From an uncultured Candidatus Saccharibacteria bacterium (lineage in GTDB: Bacteria; Patescibacteriota; Minisyncoccia; Phycocordibacterales; UBA9973), in contig CAYVZI010000007.1 in the NCBI GenBank assembly GCA_964456475.1, positions 294-64,293 on the forward strand: a DNA stretch of 64,000 bases, in the 5' to 3' direction. A program made the position numbers and the translations under genes. How positions within the stretch are numbered: the stretch's first letter is position 1; the number at the start of each line of letters is the position of its first letter. The notes beneath the pieces were generated by a model, which saw nothing but the letters and a program-made list of their open reading frames with translations, was not told where the DNA came from and searched no databases. Of this stretch, positions 8,485 to 18,825 are shown one piece after another.

Positions 8485-10698
8485 TCAGCTTTTATTTTTC
8501 TCTATTTTATCTGGTCTATGGTTAGGGCATTTTGTATTCGAACATCTCTCTGGGATTGTTTTGGTACCCAGCATCATTAAAGAATTACACATTGGACAAA
8601 TGTTTCCGGTAGGTTTTGCTTTGATTGCGTTTTTGCAGTCGGGGTAGTTGCTACATGAGTAGAAGATTCCAAAGCGCCCGCGGCGTTCCATCATTTCGCC
8701 TTTTCCGCAGGTTGGGCATTTTACGCCAGTCATTTTCTTTTTCTTTTCTTCCTCGTCTTCTTTGATGAATTTACATTTTGGATAGCGAGAACAAGAGATG
8801 AACATGCCAAAACGGCCCTCGCGCATCACGAGTTTACCGCCGCCAGATTTACCTTTCTTTTCTCCACAGAGTGGACACATCTCACCAGTTTCTTTTGGCC
8901 CGGCCATTTCTTCGCCGTCAAGTTTGCGAGCACCGACGCATTCTGGATATTTTGAACATGAATAGAATTTTCCGTTGCGAGAAAGTTTGAAGATCATAGC
9001 TTCGCCACACTTTGGACATTTGATGTCGTCCGGTGCAGCGCCAAGATCGGTCGCCTTTGCGAGCTTATCCTTCTCTTTTACTTCCTTCAAGAAGGGTCCA
9101 TAAAAATCTTTGAGTGTTTTTACATATTCGCGGTCACCATTTGAAATATCGTCGAGCTTGTCTTCCATCTCGGCGGTGAATGTATCAGAAATATAATTTG
9201 CAAAATGTTCTTCCAAGAAACTCGAAACAACATCACCTGTGTCGGTAGGGTAGAGGGTTCGGCCTTGTTTCGTGACGTACCCACGGTCTTCAAGCGTACT
9301 CATGATGGATGCGTACGTAGACGGACGACCGATACCACGCTCTTCAAGAGCTTTGACGAGTGCTGCTTCAGAATAGCGATTTGGCGGCTCAGTCGCTTTT
9401 TCAGTGCTTACAAGGTCAAGAAGCTTGAGTGTTTCTCCAGCCGTAACTTTTGGAAGTTCTACATCTTCACCGCGCGCATCAGAATCAACTTTGAGCCAAC
9501 CAGGGAAAAGCACACGTGATCCATTGGCGGTAAAGTCGGGGATGTCATCGTGACCGACAACGTTCGCGATAAGCTTTGTCTTGAGCAATTTTGCGTCGGT
9601 CATTTGCGAAGACACGGCACGCTCCCAAATAAGTTTGTAGAGTGCTTTTTGTTCTTCGTTCATTCCTGCGGAAAGTTTGTCGACATGTGTCGGACGAATA
9701 CCTTCGTGAGCTTCCTGAGCATTTTTTGATTTTGTTTTGTAGCTGTGCGCTTCAGCGTATTCTTTACCGTACTTTTTTTCTACGAGCTCGAGGATTTGTG
9801 CTTGGGCTACAGCCGATAGATTCGTGCTGTCAGTACGCATGTAGGTGATGTGACCGGCTTCATACAATTTTTGTGCGACTTGCATCGTGCGCTTTGGCGA
9901 AAAACCAAGACGAGTACTTGCAGTCTGCTGAATTGATGAAGTCGTAAAAGGAGCACGTGGTGAACGCTTTTGTTCTGATTCTTTTACATCCGAGACAATC
10001 CATGGATTTGCCTTTCCGACCGTGAGGATTTTTTCTACGATTTTTTCATCGCGAGGTTCTTCAACACAAGAAAGTTTGATTTCAACTTTTGCTTTTGTTT
10101 CAAACAGTCCTTCGAGAGCCCAGTATTTTTCAGGAATGAATGCGCGAATTTCACGTTCGCGTTCCATGAGAATGCGAAGCGCAGGGGATTGTACTCGTCC
10201 AGCAGAAAGTCCGTAACGAACCTTTTTCCAGATTACGCCGGAGAGGTCGTAACCCACCAGTCGGTCGAGTACGCGTCGTGCTTCTTGAGCCTTCACGAGC
10301 TTCTCATCGATTTCACGAGGTTCTTTGAGTGCTTCTTCTACAGCTTCTTTGGTGATTTCATGGAAGGCCGCACGCATGATTTTTGCCTTCACTTTTTTGT
10401 CAGCTTTGAGGAGTTCTTTGAGGTGCCATGAAATTGCTTCTCCTTCGCGGTCCGGGTCGGTTGCGAGAATGATTTCTTTGGCTTGTTCGGCAAGGGCGGT
10501 GAGTTCGTGAACGACTTTTTCTTTGCCTTTTGAAATTTCGTAATGAGGGACGAATCCAGCTTCGATGTCGATTGCTTTCTTGCTCGACTTTGGAATATCG
10601 CGAATGTGTCCTACAGAGGCACGCACGACATAAGCCCCATCGAGATATTTCTCAATAGTTTTTGCTTTTGATGGTGACTCGACGATAAGTAATTTCAT
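8485..10698 (-). CDS. topA: DNA topoisomerase I with C-terminal zinc-ribbon repeats
   Basis: TOPRIM start MKLLIVESPSKAKTIEKYL, active-site region and several C-terminal CxxC...CxxC zinc fingers. The canonical start MKLLIV is at 10698; the track ORF extends to 10719. Confidence 0.9.
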   Translation of the reverse strand: MKLLIVESPSKAKTIEKYLDGAYVVRASVGHIRDIPKSSKKAIDIEAGFVPHYEISKGKEKVVHELTALAEQAKEIILATDPDREGEAISWHLKELLKADKKVKAKIMRAAFHEITKEAVEEALKEPREIDEKLVKAQEARRVLDRLVGYDLSGVIWKKVRYGLSAGRVQSPALRILMEREREIRAFIPEKYWALEGLFETKAKVEIKLSCVEEPRDEKIVEKILTVGKANPWIVSDVKESEQKRSPRAPFTTSSIQQTASTRLGFSPKRTMQVAQKLYEAGHITYMRTDSTNLSAVAQAQILELVEKKYGKEYAEAHSYKTKSKNAQEAHEGIRPTHVDKLSAGMNEEQKALYKLIWERAVSSQMTDAKLLKTKLIANVVGHDDIPDFTANGSRVLFPGWLKVDSDARGEDVELPKVTAGETLKLLDLVSTEKATEPPNRYSEAALVKALEERGIGRPSTYASIMSTLEDRGYVTKQGRTLYPTDTGDVVSSFLEEHFANYISDTFTAEMEDKLDDISNGDREYVKTLKDFYGPFLKEVKEKDKLAKATDLGAAPDDIKCPKCGEAMIFKLSRNGKFYSCSKYPECVGARKLDGEEMAGPKETGEMCPLCGEKKGKSGGGKLVMREGRFGMFISCSRYPKCKFIKEDEEEKKKKMTGVKCPTCGKGEMMERRGRFGIFYSCSNYPDCKNAIKAKPTGNICPMCNSLMMLGTKTIPERCSNTKCPNHRPDKIEKNKS

Positions 10699-11189
10699 AA
10701 ATGCAGTATAAAGTATCATGTATAAAGTATCATGTATGAACGCTTAATACCTAATACTTCATACTTTATACTGGGCTACCGTACTACACATTTATTTTTT
10801 ACGCAAATTGGCAAATAAAAAATGCACCGAAATATCGATGCATTTGTGCAATAGTAAACAAGCAGGTGAACGGATGCGCTTAGGCCCCTTTTTCCGATTA
10901 GCAAACCGGTTAAAAATAATCAGGCATAAGCGAGGTATACAATAACATGAACCATACCGGAAGCGTCCAGAAAACGGATAGTTCTCTTGTGTCGAGCTTC
11001 TGAAATATGTTGAAAAATAATCAAGGAATTCGTAAACAATAAGTACTGCAAGTAATAACTGAATAAACGGTATATCAAAATGCATAGTGCGTGATTTGAA
11101 TGCAATCATACTCTCGTAAGTTTATTTGTCAAATTTTTACAGGCCTACACGAGTTGCTTACTATAAATAAAAACGGGTTGATATACATA

Positions 11190-11319
11190 TCAACCCGCTC
11201 GTTTAGATTCTTTTTCTGTTCTTTTAAATTTTTTCCGCCACATGTAATTTGTAATCGTTCCTTCTGTCATAATGACTATTGCAATGAATACTGTAATCAA
11301 TATATATATTTTATTCATA
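11190..11319 (-). CDS. possible small membrane protein (~42 aa)
   Basis: Hand translation MNKIYILITVFIAIVIMTEGTITNYMWRKKFKRTEKESKRAG. Single TM helix then a basic tail, followed by a hairpin terminator (GGGTTGATAT-acat-ATCAACCC). Below the track cut-off; speculative. Confidence 0.25.
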
Positions 11320-11352
11320 TAATGACATTTGTAATGAACAGTACCACTTTTA

Positions 11353-12228
11353 CTATGTGTTCACAACTCTGCGAATTTCTCCAAGTTCTTCTTTTATCAA
11401 TCCTTTGATCTCCATTGCAGAGAGTAGGGAATTGATTTCTTGAATCGGTTTGCCTGATGCGTCTATTATTGTATCTCGAGATTGGGGTTCGACGATGAAT
11501 TCCCATATTTCTTTCTCTTCCTTGGATAGATTTCCAAGTTCGTTTTCCGCTTCGTCAAACAGGCTTTCTTGCTTGAGTCCGAATACTTCAAGAATATCTT
11601 CACTTCGCGTGATTGGTGTCGCGCCTTGCTTGATGAGGAGATTGGTTCCGAGCGAGGTGGGAGAATTGATTGGACCTGGCACGGCGAGGACTTCGCGATT
11701 GTAATCAAGCGCGAGCCGAGCCGTGATGAGCGTTCCGGATTTGTCTGCAGCTTCGATGATGAGTGTGGCATGCGCTATGCCCGCTATAATTCTGTTGCGT
11801 CTTGGAAAACTCCATTGCGTTGCTTTAAACGCTGGTTCAAACTCAGAAACGAGCGACCCACCCGAGGCGAGAATTTCTTTTGCGAGCGAAAGATTGGTGG
11901 CAGGATATAGTGCTCGTTCCGAAAGTCCAGAACCCGGGAAGGCTATCGTTTTGAGCCCTGCCTTCATGGCCGAACGATGGGCGATCGAATCTATTCCGAG
12001 TGCAAGTCCCGATACTATTATTATGTCACTACCTTTGAGGCCACGAATAAGCGAGTCACACACGTCTGCACCATAGTTTGTGTGAGTGCGTGAACCGACC
12101 ACCGACAGGTATAAGCCATTTGGATTAAGCGGTGCGCCTACTATATAGAGCGACGAGGGCGAGTCGGGAATTTCAAGAAGCTGAGGGGGAAAGTCATTCG
12201 GTTCGATTTTCTCGATTCGAAAGTCCAT
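11353..12228 (-). CDS. dprA: DNA-processing protein A (Smf)
   Basis: Rossmann-like DprA core (IIVSGLALGIDSIAHRSAM, LAVPGPINSPTSLGTNLLIKQGA). Confidence 0.85.
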   Translation of the reverse strand: MDFRIEKIEPNDFPPQLLEIPDSPSSLYIVGAPLNPNGLYLSVVGSRTHTNYGADVCDSLIRGLKGSDIIIVSGLALGIDSIAHRSAMKAGLKTIAFPGSGLSERALYPATNLSLAKEILASGGSLVSEFEPAFKATQWSFPRRNRIIAGIAHATLIIEAADKSGTLITARLALDYNREVLAVPGPINSPTSLGTNLLIKQGATPITRSEDILEVFGLKQESLFDEAENELGNLSKEEKEIWEFIVEPQSRDTIIDASGKPIQEINSLLSAMEIKGLIKEELGEIRRVVNT

Positions 12229-12267
12229 GATTTTGATATTTTACCATTTGTGTTAGGATTTGAATAT

Positions 12268-13527
12268 ATGTTGGACATCAAATTTATTAAAGAAAATCAG
12301 GATATTGTCAAAGACGCTATTCGTAAGAAGCATGTCACGCTTAATCTTGACGATCTTATTACTCTCGACGATTCGCGTCGCGAGCTGCTTCAGGCAGTTG
12401 AGACGCTTCGCGCTGAACAGAAAACCGTATCTGATGGTATGGTTAATGCCGATACTGCTAGACGTGAGGTACTTCTGACACAGTTGCGACCACTCAAAGA
12501 AACACTTCAAGTAAAAGAAGAAGAACTCAAAAAGATTATGGAAGAATGGCGCGAACTCATGCTTCGCGTACCTAACGTGCCAGACATGACAGTACCCGAA
12601 GGTGACAGTGATGCTGACAATCAGGAAATTCGTGTGTGGGGAGAGAAGACCAATTTTGATTTTGAACCAAAGGATCACGTTGAAATTATGAACGCTCTCA
12701 AGATGGTGGATTTTGAGCGTGGAGCAAAGGTACACGGTTTTCGCGGATACTTTCTTACTGGCGACGGCGTAATGCTTTGTTTTGCAATTTGGAATTATGC
12801 ACTCAAGTTTTTTGGAGATCGAGGGTTTGTTCCTGTGATCCCACCAATGATTGTACGCAAGCAAAATCTCTACGGTACCGGACATTTGCCTGGCGATGTG
12901 GAAGACTATTATATGACACAAGATGGAGATGCTCTTGTTGGAACATCTGAAGTCCCGGTTATGGGCATGCATGCTGATGAGGTTCTTGCTAAAGATCAAT
13001 TCCCAATAAAGTATCTTGGATTTTCTCCTTGTTACCGCCGTGAAGCTGGAAGCTATTCAAAAGATGTGAAAGGCCTTATCCGCGTGCATGAATTTTATAA
13101 ATTTGAGCAAGTGATTTTGACAGAAGCTTCACACGAAAAGTCTGTGGCCTATCACGAAGAGCTCGTACGAAATACTGAAGAGTTTATTCAGTCACTCGGA
13201 ATTCCGTATCACGTAGTCGTGAACTGTGGTGGAGATCTTGGTTTGGGTCAGGTGAAGAAGTACGATATCGAACTTTGGGTTCCAAAGGAAGAAAAATATC
13301 GAGAGATTGCATCAGCATCGTATTTCCATGATTTTCAAACTCGACGATTCAACACACGATACAGAGATGAAGAGGGTAAAATGTACTACGCTCACTCCCT
13401 CAACAATACGGCGATTCCAACTCCACGCATACTTGTATCATTGATTGAAAACTATCAAGAAGCAGATGGACGCATCCGAATTCCGGAAGTACTTAAGCAG
13501 TACATGGGCAAAGATTACATCGGATAG
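12268..13527 (+). CDS. serS: seryl-tRNA synthetase
   Basis: N-terminal coiled-coil arm MLDIKFIKEN...; class II motifs (FRREAGS-like YRREAGSYSKDVKGLIRVHEF, GLGQ...). Confidence 0.9.
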   Translation: MLDIKFIKENQDIVKDAIRKKHVTLNLDDLITLDDSRRELLQAVETLRAEQKTVSDGMVNADTARREVLLTQLRPLKETLQVKEEELKKIMEEWRELMLRVPNVPDMTVPEGDSDADNQEIRVWGEKTNFDFEPKDHVEIMNALKMVDFERGAKVHGFRGYFLTGDGVMLCFAIWNYALKFFGDRGFVPVIPPMIVRKQNLYGTGHLPGDVEDYYMTQDGDALVGTSEVPVMGMHADEVLAKDQFPIKYLGFSPCYRREAGSYSKDVKGLIRVHEFYKFEQVILTEASHEKSVAYHEELVRNTEEFIQSLGIPYHVVVNCGGDLGLGQVKKYDIELWVPKEEKYREIASASYFHDFQTRRFNTRYRDEEGKMYYAHSLNNTAIPTPRILVSLIENYQEADGRIRIPEVLKQYMGKDYIG

Positions 13528-13586
13528 TCTAGTGTTCAGTATTCATACTGTATACCGTATACTAAATACTGTATACTTATTTCACT

Positions 13587-14534
13587 ATGCGTCGCGAAGA
13601 AAATTCTTCTCTCAAAAAAGCAATACAAGATTCACCGAAACTGCAAGAGCTTCGGGCAAAACGAATTTCTACTCGACGACGACTCAGTATTCTTTTTGGT
13701 GTATTTTTTCTCACACTCCTCGGTGCCTTTATTTTCTTTGTGCATTTACCGAAATATCACCTATCAAATATTGTTGTAATAGGAAATCAAATTATCGGTA
13801 CAGATGAAATTGTTGATGAAGTAAACTCAATTATCTCGGGCAATAAATTATATGTGATTCCATACAAGAATGCTTTTTTTTATCCGAAAGCTAGGATTAT
13901 AGAATCTCTCACTCAAAAATATCCCAAATTGAATACAATAGATGTGTATCGTATCGGATATACAAAAATGGTCGTGTCGGTTACAGAGAGGAGAGGGTAT
14001 GCGCTTTGGTGCGGGCAAAATGCTTTAGTAAATGAAGAAGGAGAAGTCTGTTATTTTACTGACAACACAGGAAAAATAATTTCACTCGCTCCATATTTTT
14101 CTGGGAATGTATACCCACGTTTTTTTGGCCTAAGCAATACTGCAAGTATTGCCGGCCGAACCGATAATTCGGTTTTAGGCAAATCGATTTCCTCGATTGA
14201 GTCCGAGCCACTCGGCAAACATTTTATTGACGAATCGCAATTCCAGAATCTATTGGCATTTCAAAAACGATTCAACGATTTTGGTTTTCAAGTAAAATCA
14301 ATTAATTTGGTTTCTGATACTGAGTATCAATTGGTGCTTGATCTCGGGAGTCAAAAGACTGCAAATGTCCGCTTTTTGAACAACGCAGACTATAAACTAC
14401 TTGCCAACAATCTCGCTGTGGCAATGAGCAAGAAGGAATTTGCAGATAAGCTATCGAAGAATCGGGCTAATCTCGAGTATTTTGATCTGCGCTTTACAAA
14501 CAAAGTCTACTACAAATTTTCAGAACATCCATAA
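13587..14534 (+). CDS. FtsQ/DivIB-like cell division protein (TM + POTRA-like)
   Basis: N-terminal basic region and TM helix, then a POTRA-like pattern (IVVIGNQIIGTDEIVDEV...YKNAFFYPKARII...IDVYRIGYTKMVVSVTERRGYALW). Confidence 0.5.
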   Translation: MRREENSSLKKAIQDSPKLQELRAKRISTRRRLSILFGVFFLTLLGAFIFFVHLPKYHLSNIVVIGNQIIGTDEIVDEVNSIISGNKLYVIPYKNAFFYPKARIIESLTQKYPKLNTIDVYRIGYTKMVVSVTERRGYALWCGQNALVNEEGEVCYFTDNTGKIISLAPYFSGNVYPRFFGLSNTASIAGRTDNSVLGKSISSIESEPLGKHFIDESQFQNLLAFQKRFNDFGFQVKSINLVSDTEYQLVLDLGSQKTANVRFLNNADYKLLANNLAVAMSKKEFADKLSKNRANLEYFDLRFTNKVYYKFSEHP

Positions 14535-14655
14535 CAGACGCATTTCCGCGTTACTGCGCTCGACTCACTTCTGCAACGTACGTCAAAGTACGTCTTGGTC
14601 ATAAGCCGAGCTTGCGCCTTGAACTGCATTCTGTTATGAATGTTCTATACAACCT

Positions 14656-15627
14656 ATGAATTTCTGGCAAAAACTTCCAAAACCATTCTTCGTCCTTGCA
14701 CCGATGGCTGACGTTACCGACGCTTCTTTTCGTCGTATCATTGCCAAGTATTCACGGCATGGAGAGGTGAATGGTACCCCCGACGTATTCTGGACCGAAT
14801 TCGTTTCGGCTGATGGTCTTATGAGTCCTGGACGCGAAGTGCTTCGTCACGACCTTGGATTCACTGAGGCAGAGCATCCAATCGTTGCGCAACTCTTTGG
14901 GTCACATCCCGACAAGATGGAAGGTGCGGCACGACTCTGTGCTGAACTTGGGTTTGATGGCATAGATATCAACATGGGCTGTCCTGACAAATCGATTGAG
15001 AAACAGGGCGCCGGTGCTTGCATGATGAAAAATCCGGAAAGTGCAAAAGAGATCATTCGCGCCGCGAAACGCGGCGCTCCAAATCTTCCTGTATCAGTGA
15101 AAACGCGCATCGGCTACAACAAAAACGAAATTGCAACGTGGATTCCGGCATTACTTGAAGAAGATATTGCTGCACTCACGATTCATTGCCGTACTCGAAA
15201 AGAAATGAGTAAGGTTCCAGCACGTTGGGAACACGTGAAGGAAGTGGTAGAACTTCGTGACAAGCTCGGATCAAAAACACTCATTCTTGGAAATGGCGAT
15301 GTAAAAGACATTGCCGATGCAAAGCAAAAAGTGGTCGAAACTGGCTGTGATGGAGTAATGCTTGGACGAGCCATCTTCGGCAATCCATGGCTCTTCGATC
15401 AGTCTCGTACAGAAATTCCACTAGAAGAAAAATTGCAGGTGATGGTGGAGCATACGAAGCTCTATGAAGAATTGCTCGGTGGAATCAAAAGCTTCTCAAT
15501 TATGAAGAAGCACTACAAAGCATATGTGAACAATTTTCCCGGCGCAACAGAACTCCGGGCCGAGCTCATGTTGTGTGAAGACGCAAAAAGCGTTGAAAAA
15601 ATAGTTCAAGAATTTTTGAAAAAATAA
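14656..15627 (+). CDS. dus: tRNA-dihydrouridine synthase
   Basis: FVLAPMADVTD, GIDINMGCP, VSVKTRIGY and HCRTR motifs of the Dus family. Confidence 0.85.
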   Translation: MNFWQKLPKPFFVLAPMADVTDASFRRIIAKYSRHGEVNGTPDVFWTEFVSADGLMSPGREVLRHDLGFTEAEHPIVAQLFGSHPDKMEGAARLCAELGFDGIDINMGCPDKSIEKQGAGACMMKNPESAKEIIRAAKRGAPNLPVSVKTRIGYNKNEIATWIPALLEEDIAALTIHCRTRKEMSKVPARWEHVKEVVELRDKLGSKTLILGNGDVKDIADAKQKVVETGCDGVMLGRAIFGNPWLFDQSRTEIPLEEKLQVMVEHTKLYEELLGGIKSFSIMKKHYKAYVNNFPGATELRAELMLCEDAKSVEKIVQEFLKK

Positions 15628-15631
15628 AAAA

Positions 15632-15672
15632 ATCCGTATCGATATGATACGGATAATGTGTTTGTTTTTTTG
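15632..15672 (+). terminator. rho-independent terminator after dus
   Basis: ATCCGTATC-gatat-GATACGGAT then a T-rich run. Confidence 0.65.
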
Positions 15673-15675
15673 TTG

Positions 15676-16095
15676 TTACGGGTTTTGAATACCCAATCTT
15701 TTTTTCATAATATCGACTGTCAGTTGAATGGTTTCTTTTGCCAGTGGTGCAATCAGATAGTGTTCAACCTGATTGTGAACTTGAGCTTTCTTCATGTCAT
15801 TTCTATTAATGCCTGGTGTTACAAGCATTAAACGCATGCTTTGTTTAATGTTAGTTTCCATTTTTTCCACCTCATCCGCGAAAATGAAACCGTCGATTGG
15901 ATTCATGGGAATGTGGACATATAAAATTGTGATTTGACCGTCAACAACCGGTTTTTTTTGTAAAAAATTCAACGCCTCTAATGGATCCATGAAGGATTTT
16001 TTATCAGCGGTGGGGTAGGTTTTTTCAATTACCCTTTCGGTTAGTTTATTGTGAATGGCATCATTGCTCACCACAACGAAGTCTATTTTGCTCAT
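15676..16095 (-). CDS. atypical CheY-like receiver (pseudo-receiver) domain protein
   Basis: Receiver-like fold pattern (IDFVVVSND...ITILYVHIPMNPIDG) but the phospho-acceptor Asp position appears substituted (YVH) and the conserved Lys is unclear. Confidence 0.4.
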   Translation of the reverse strand: MSKIDFVVVSNDAIHNKLTERVIEKTYPTADKKSFMDPLEALNFLQKKPVVDGQITILYVHIPMNPIDGFIFADEVEKMETNIKQSMRLMLVTPGINRNDMKKAQVHNQVEHYLIAPLAKETIQLTVDIMKKRLGIQNP

Positions 16096-16179
16096 AAATA
16101 ATATTTTTTCTCATACTACGATTAATAAGATACTTTGTCAAAAATTACAGAATGAAATTTTCTGTTATAATCGCTCTGT

Positions 16180-17217
16180 ATGGAACACACATCTCTCTAT
16201 CGCAAGTACCGTCCCGAAGCGTTTGCCGACCTTGTAGGGCAGGAGCATATTGTAGCTGCGCTCGAAGGTGCACTCAAGGCCGACAAGATTGCACACGCAT
16301 ATCTCTTCTGCGGAAGTCGCGGAACGGGCAAGACCACCTCAGCTCGCATTGTGGCGCATGCACTCGGCACGAGCCCCAATGATATCTACGAAATCGATGC
16401 CGCTTCCAACAACGGTGTTGATGACATTCGCGAGCTTCGCGAAAATGTTGGCACACTTCCATTCGATTCAAAATACAAGGTATACATTATTGACGAGGTG
16501 CACATGCTTTCCAAAGCTGCGTTCAACGCATTGCTTAAGACTCTGGAAGAGCCACCAGCACATGTTGTGTTTATTCTCTGTACCACTGAGCTCGAAAAAG
16601 TGCCCGACACTATCGTGTCACGTTGTCAGACATTCCTCTTTCGTAAACCTTCACAAATCGTTCTTCGCACACTCATTGAGAAGACTGCAAAAAAGGAAAA
16701 AGTATCACTTGGCGCAGGGGTTTCGGATCTTGTCGCGCTTCTTGCCAATGGTTCATTCCGTGATGCTCTTGGAACATTACAGAAAGTGATTGGTGCGAGT
16801 AATGGCAAAGATGTATCGCTTGAAGACGCATCACGCATCACTGGATCGCCATCACAGACGATAGTGCACGACATTATCGAAGCTGTGGCTCGCGGAGCTC
16901 TTTCAGACGCACTCATAACAGTCGAGAAATCTCGCACCTCAAACATTGCACCGAAATTGTTGCTCGAACTCATACTCCACACATTCCGCCGAATTCTGTT
17001 GCTCAAAGTGGCACCGGCACTTTCAAAAGGGGAGATTGATGGGCTTTCGGATGAAGAAAAAGAATTCATCACACGACTCTCAAAAATGGAATCAATTCAT
17101 ATCAATTCGCAAAGCCTGCTTACATTGCTTGATGCACTATCAATGCAGAAGTATGCGTATATTGATGAGCTTCCACTTGAGCTCGCTCTCATCAAAATTC
17201 TCGGGGATTATAAATAA
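16180..17217 (+). CDS. dnaX: DNA polymerase III subunit gamma/tau (short gamma-like form)
   Basis: YRKYRPEAFADLVGQEH, Walker A GSRGTGKTT, DEVHML, and sensor SRCQ motifs. Confidence 0.85.
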   Translation: MEHTSLYRKYRPEAFADLVGQEHIVAALEGALKADKIAHAYLFCGSRGTGKTTSARIVAHALGTSPNDIYEIDAASNNGVDDIRELRENVGTLPFDSKYKVYIIDEVHMLSKAAFNALLKTLEEPPAHVVFILCTTELEKVPDTIVSRCQTFLFRKPSQIVLRTLIEKTAKKEKVSLGAGVSDLVALLANGSFRDALGTLQKVIGASNGKDVSLEDASRITGSPSQTIVHDIIEAVARGALSDALITVEKSRTSNIAPKLLLELILHTFRRILLLKVAPALSKGEIDGLSDEEKEFITRLSKMESIHINSQSLLTLLDALSMQKYAYIDELPLELALIKILGDYK

Positions 17218-17283
17218 TCCCCAGTTCTCTTTTGTGAACGCTCGTTCACAAAAGAGAAATTCCTTGATATAATTATCCAAGGA

Positions 17284-17967
17284 ATGATTATAAAAAGTAT
17301 TGAAAAAGAAAAAGCGATTTCTCTTCGCCGAGAAGGCAAAACATATTCAGAAATAATGAAAGTTGTTCCTGTGGCCAAATCAACAATCTCACTTTGGTTA
17401 CGTGAGGTTGGACTTTCTGTTCCTCAACAACATGTTTTGACTGCAAAGAAAATCGCGGCCTCAAAACGAGGCGGTTTGGCAAAAAGAAAGCAACGAATTG
17501 ATAGAACTAGCACTATTTTTGAAGAAGCAAAGGCTGAAATTGGGACTCTTTCTAAGAGGGAATTATTTCTGATAGGAGTTGCTTTGTATTGGGCAGAAGG
17601 ATCAAAGCAAAAAGAACACAATGTGAGTGAGCCGCTTGTATTTGGAAATTCAGACCCAAATATGATAGAGTGCTTCTTGAGATGGTTGAATTTGGTTGGT
17701 GTACAAGACTTAGACGTTTGTTATGAATTATATATTCATAAATCAGGTAACGTTGAAAGAGCCAAGCAATTTTGGGTGAAAATAATAAAACAACCTATTT
17801 CGATTTTTGATAAACGTGTGTATTTTAAAAAAGGCAATCCAAAGACCAAGAGAAAAAATAGTGGAGAAAAATATATTGGCTTGTTGAGAATTAAGGTAAA
17901 ACGAAGTACTGATTTGAATCGAAAAATATTAGGCTGGACACACGGCATAATAAAAAATTGTATTTAA
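17284..17967 (+). CDS. freestanding HTH + single-motif LAGLIDADG-like homing-endonuclease-family protein (paralog of 1760..2413)
   Basis: HTH YSEIMKVVPVAKSTISLWLR; LAGLIDADG-like LIGVALYWAEGSK; GNSDPNMIECFLRWL aligns with GxSDPGLIRSFLVLF of the paralog. Stop lies 3 nt before tRNA-Gln. Confidence 0.6.
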   Translation: MIIKSIEKEKAISLRREGKTYSEIMKVVPVAKSTISLWLREVGLSVPQQHVLTAKKIAASKRGGLAKRKQRIDRTSTIFEEAKAEIGTLSKRELFLIGVALYWAEGSKQKEHNVSEPLVFGNSDPNMIECFLRWLNLVGVQDLDVCYELYIHKSGNVERAKQFWVKIIKQPISIFDKRVYFKKGNPKTKRKNSGEKYIGLLRIKVKRSTDLNRKILGWTHGIIKNCI

Positions 17968-17970
17968 AGC

Positions 17971-18041
17971 TGGGGAATCGTCTAACGGCAGGACTCCTCC
18001 CTTTGAAGGAGGCTATCTTGGTTCGAGTCCAAGTTCCCCAG
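17971..18041 (+). tRNA. tRNA-Gln (anticodon TTG) with U1:A72
   Basis: Acceptor TGGGGAA/TTCCCCA, anticodon stem CCTCC/GGAGG with loop CTTTGAA, T-arm CTTGG-TTCGAGT-CCAAG, discriminator G. The U1:A72 pair is characteristic of bacterial tRNA-Gln. Confidence 0.8.
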
Positions 18042-18073
18042 CTTTGAATAGAATTTGTACCTCAAATTTTTTA

Positions 18074-18781
18074 ATGAGAATAGATTTATTAAATAAAATA
18101 CCCAAGGTCTATTTTGCTTATATTTTGGTTATGGCTGTTTCAGTCATTGCTACCTTGAAATGGCCGGTTAGCGAAACAATTCAAAATATTGCAGCGCTTC
18201 CAGGCGTCGGAGCTTTGTTTCTTGTTTTATTCCAGATTTGGAAAGACCGCTTGTCTCACGACCGTGCGATAGAATTACAAAGTAAACAACAAGATTTTGT
18301 TTTGGGAACTGCTTCGCATATGGCTGAGGTGGCTTATGATAAGCACGTTTTATTTTGTGAGGCTTATATTGCAAGAGTTCAAAAAGGATTTCAAGAGTTG
18401 TTAAGAGATGGTCCATCAAAGAACTGTTTAAATATAGGCAGAGAGTTAGTCAATATTCGACAGGACTTTTCTCCTTGGTTAACTAAAGAAATCGAAACTA
18501 AGTTAAAACCATTTGAACAGATCTTGATTAAAATAGGAGCAAAAGATGGATTGATTGAAAACTTACCAATCGGTGAACAAAGAAATAAAGTAATAGATGA
18601 AGTTTATAAATCGTTTGGACTCATTCTTGGTCATGAGCAACCAGGTAGTGAGGAAGAAGAAGGGCTTGCTATAGATCAAATAATTGAAAAAATCAGAGTA
18701 ATACTCGGTATTAATATTTTGACAGAATTGAGAACAAAAACAGCTGAATTGGCTTTAGTTAGAGTTCGTAGTAGTAAGTAA
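18074..18781 (+). CDS. hypothetical membrane protein
   Basis: Two N-terminal TM helices then a soluble domain. The track ORF begins at a TTG inside tRNA-Gln; the ATG (MRIDLL) is used here. Confidence 0.45.
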   Translation: MRIDLLNKIPKVYFAYILVMAVSVIATLKWPVSETIQNIAALPGVGALFLVLFQIWKDRLSHDRAIELQSKQQDFVLGTASHMAEVAYDKHVLFCEAYIARVQKGFQELLRDGPSKNCLNIGRELVNIRQDFSPWLTKEIETKLKPFEQILIKIGAKDGLIENLPIGEQRNKVIDEVYKSFGLILGHEQPGSEEEEGLAIDQIIEKIRVILGINILTELRTKTAELALVRVRSSK

Positions 18782-18825
18782 TTTTATACTCTACCCCTCC
18801 CCTCCAAAAGTGCTATCATATACTC

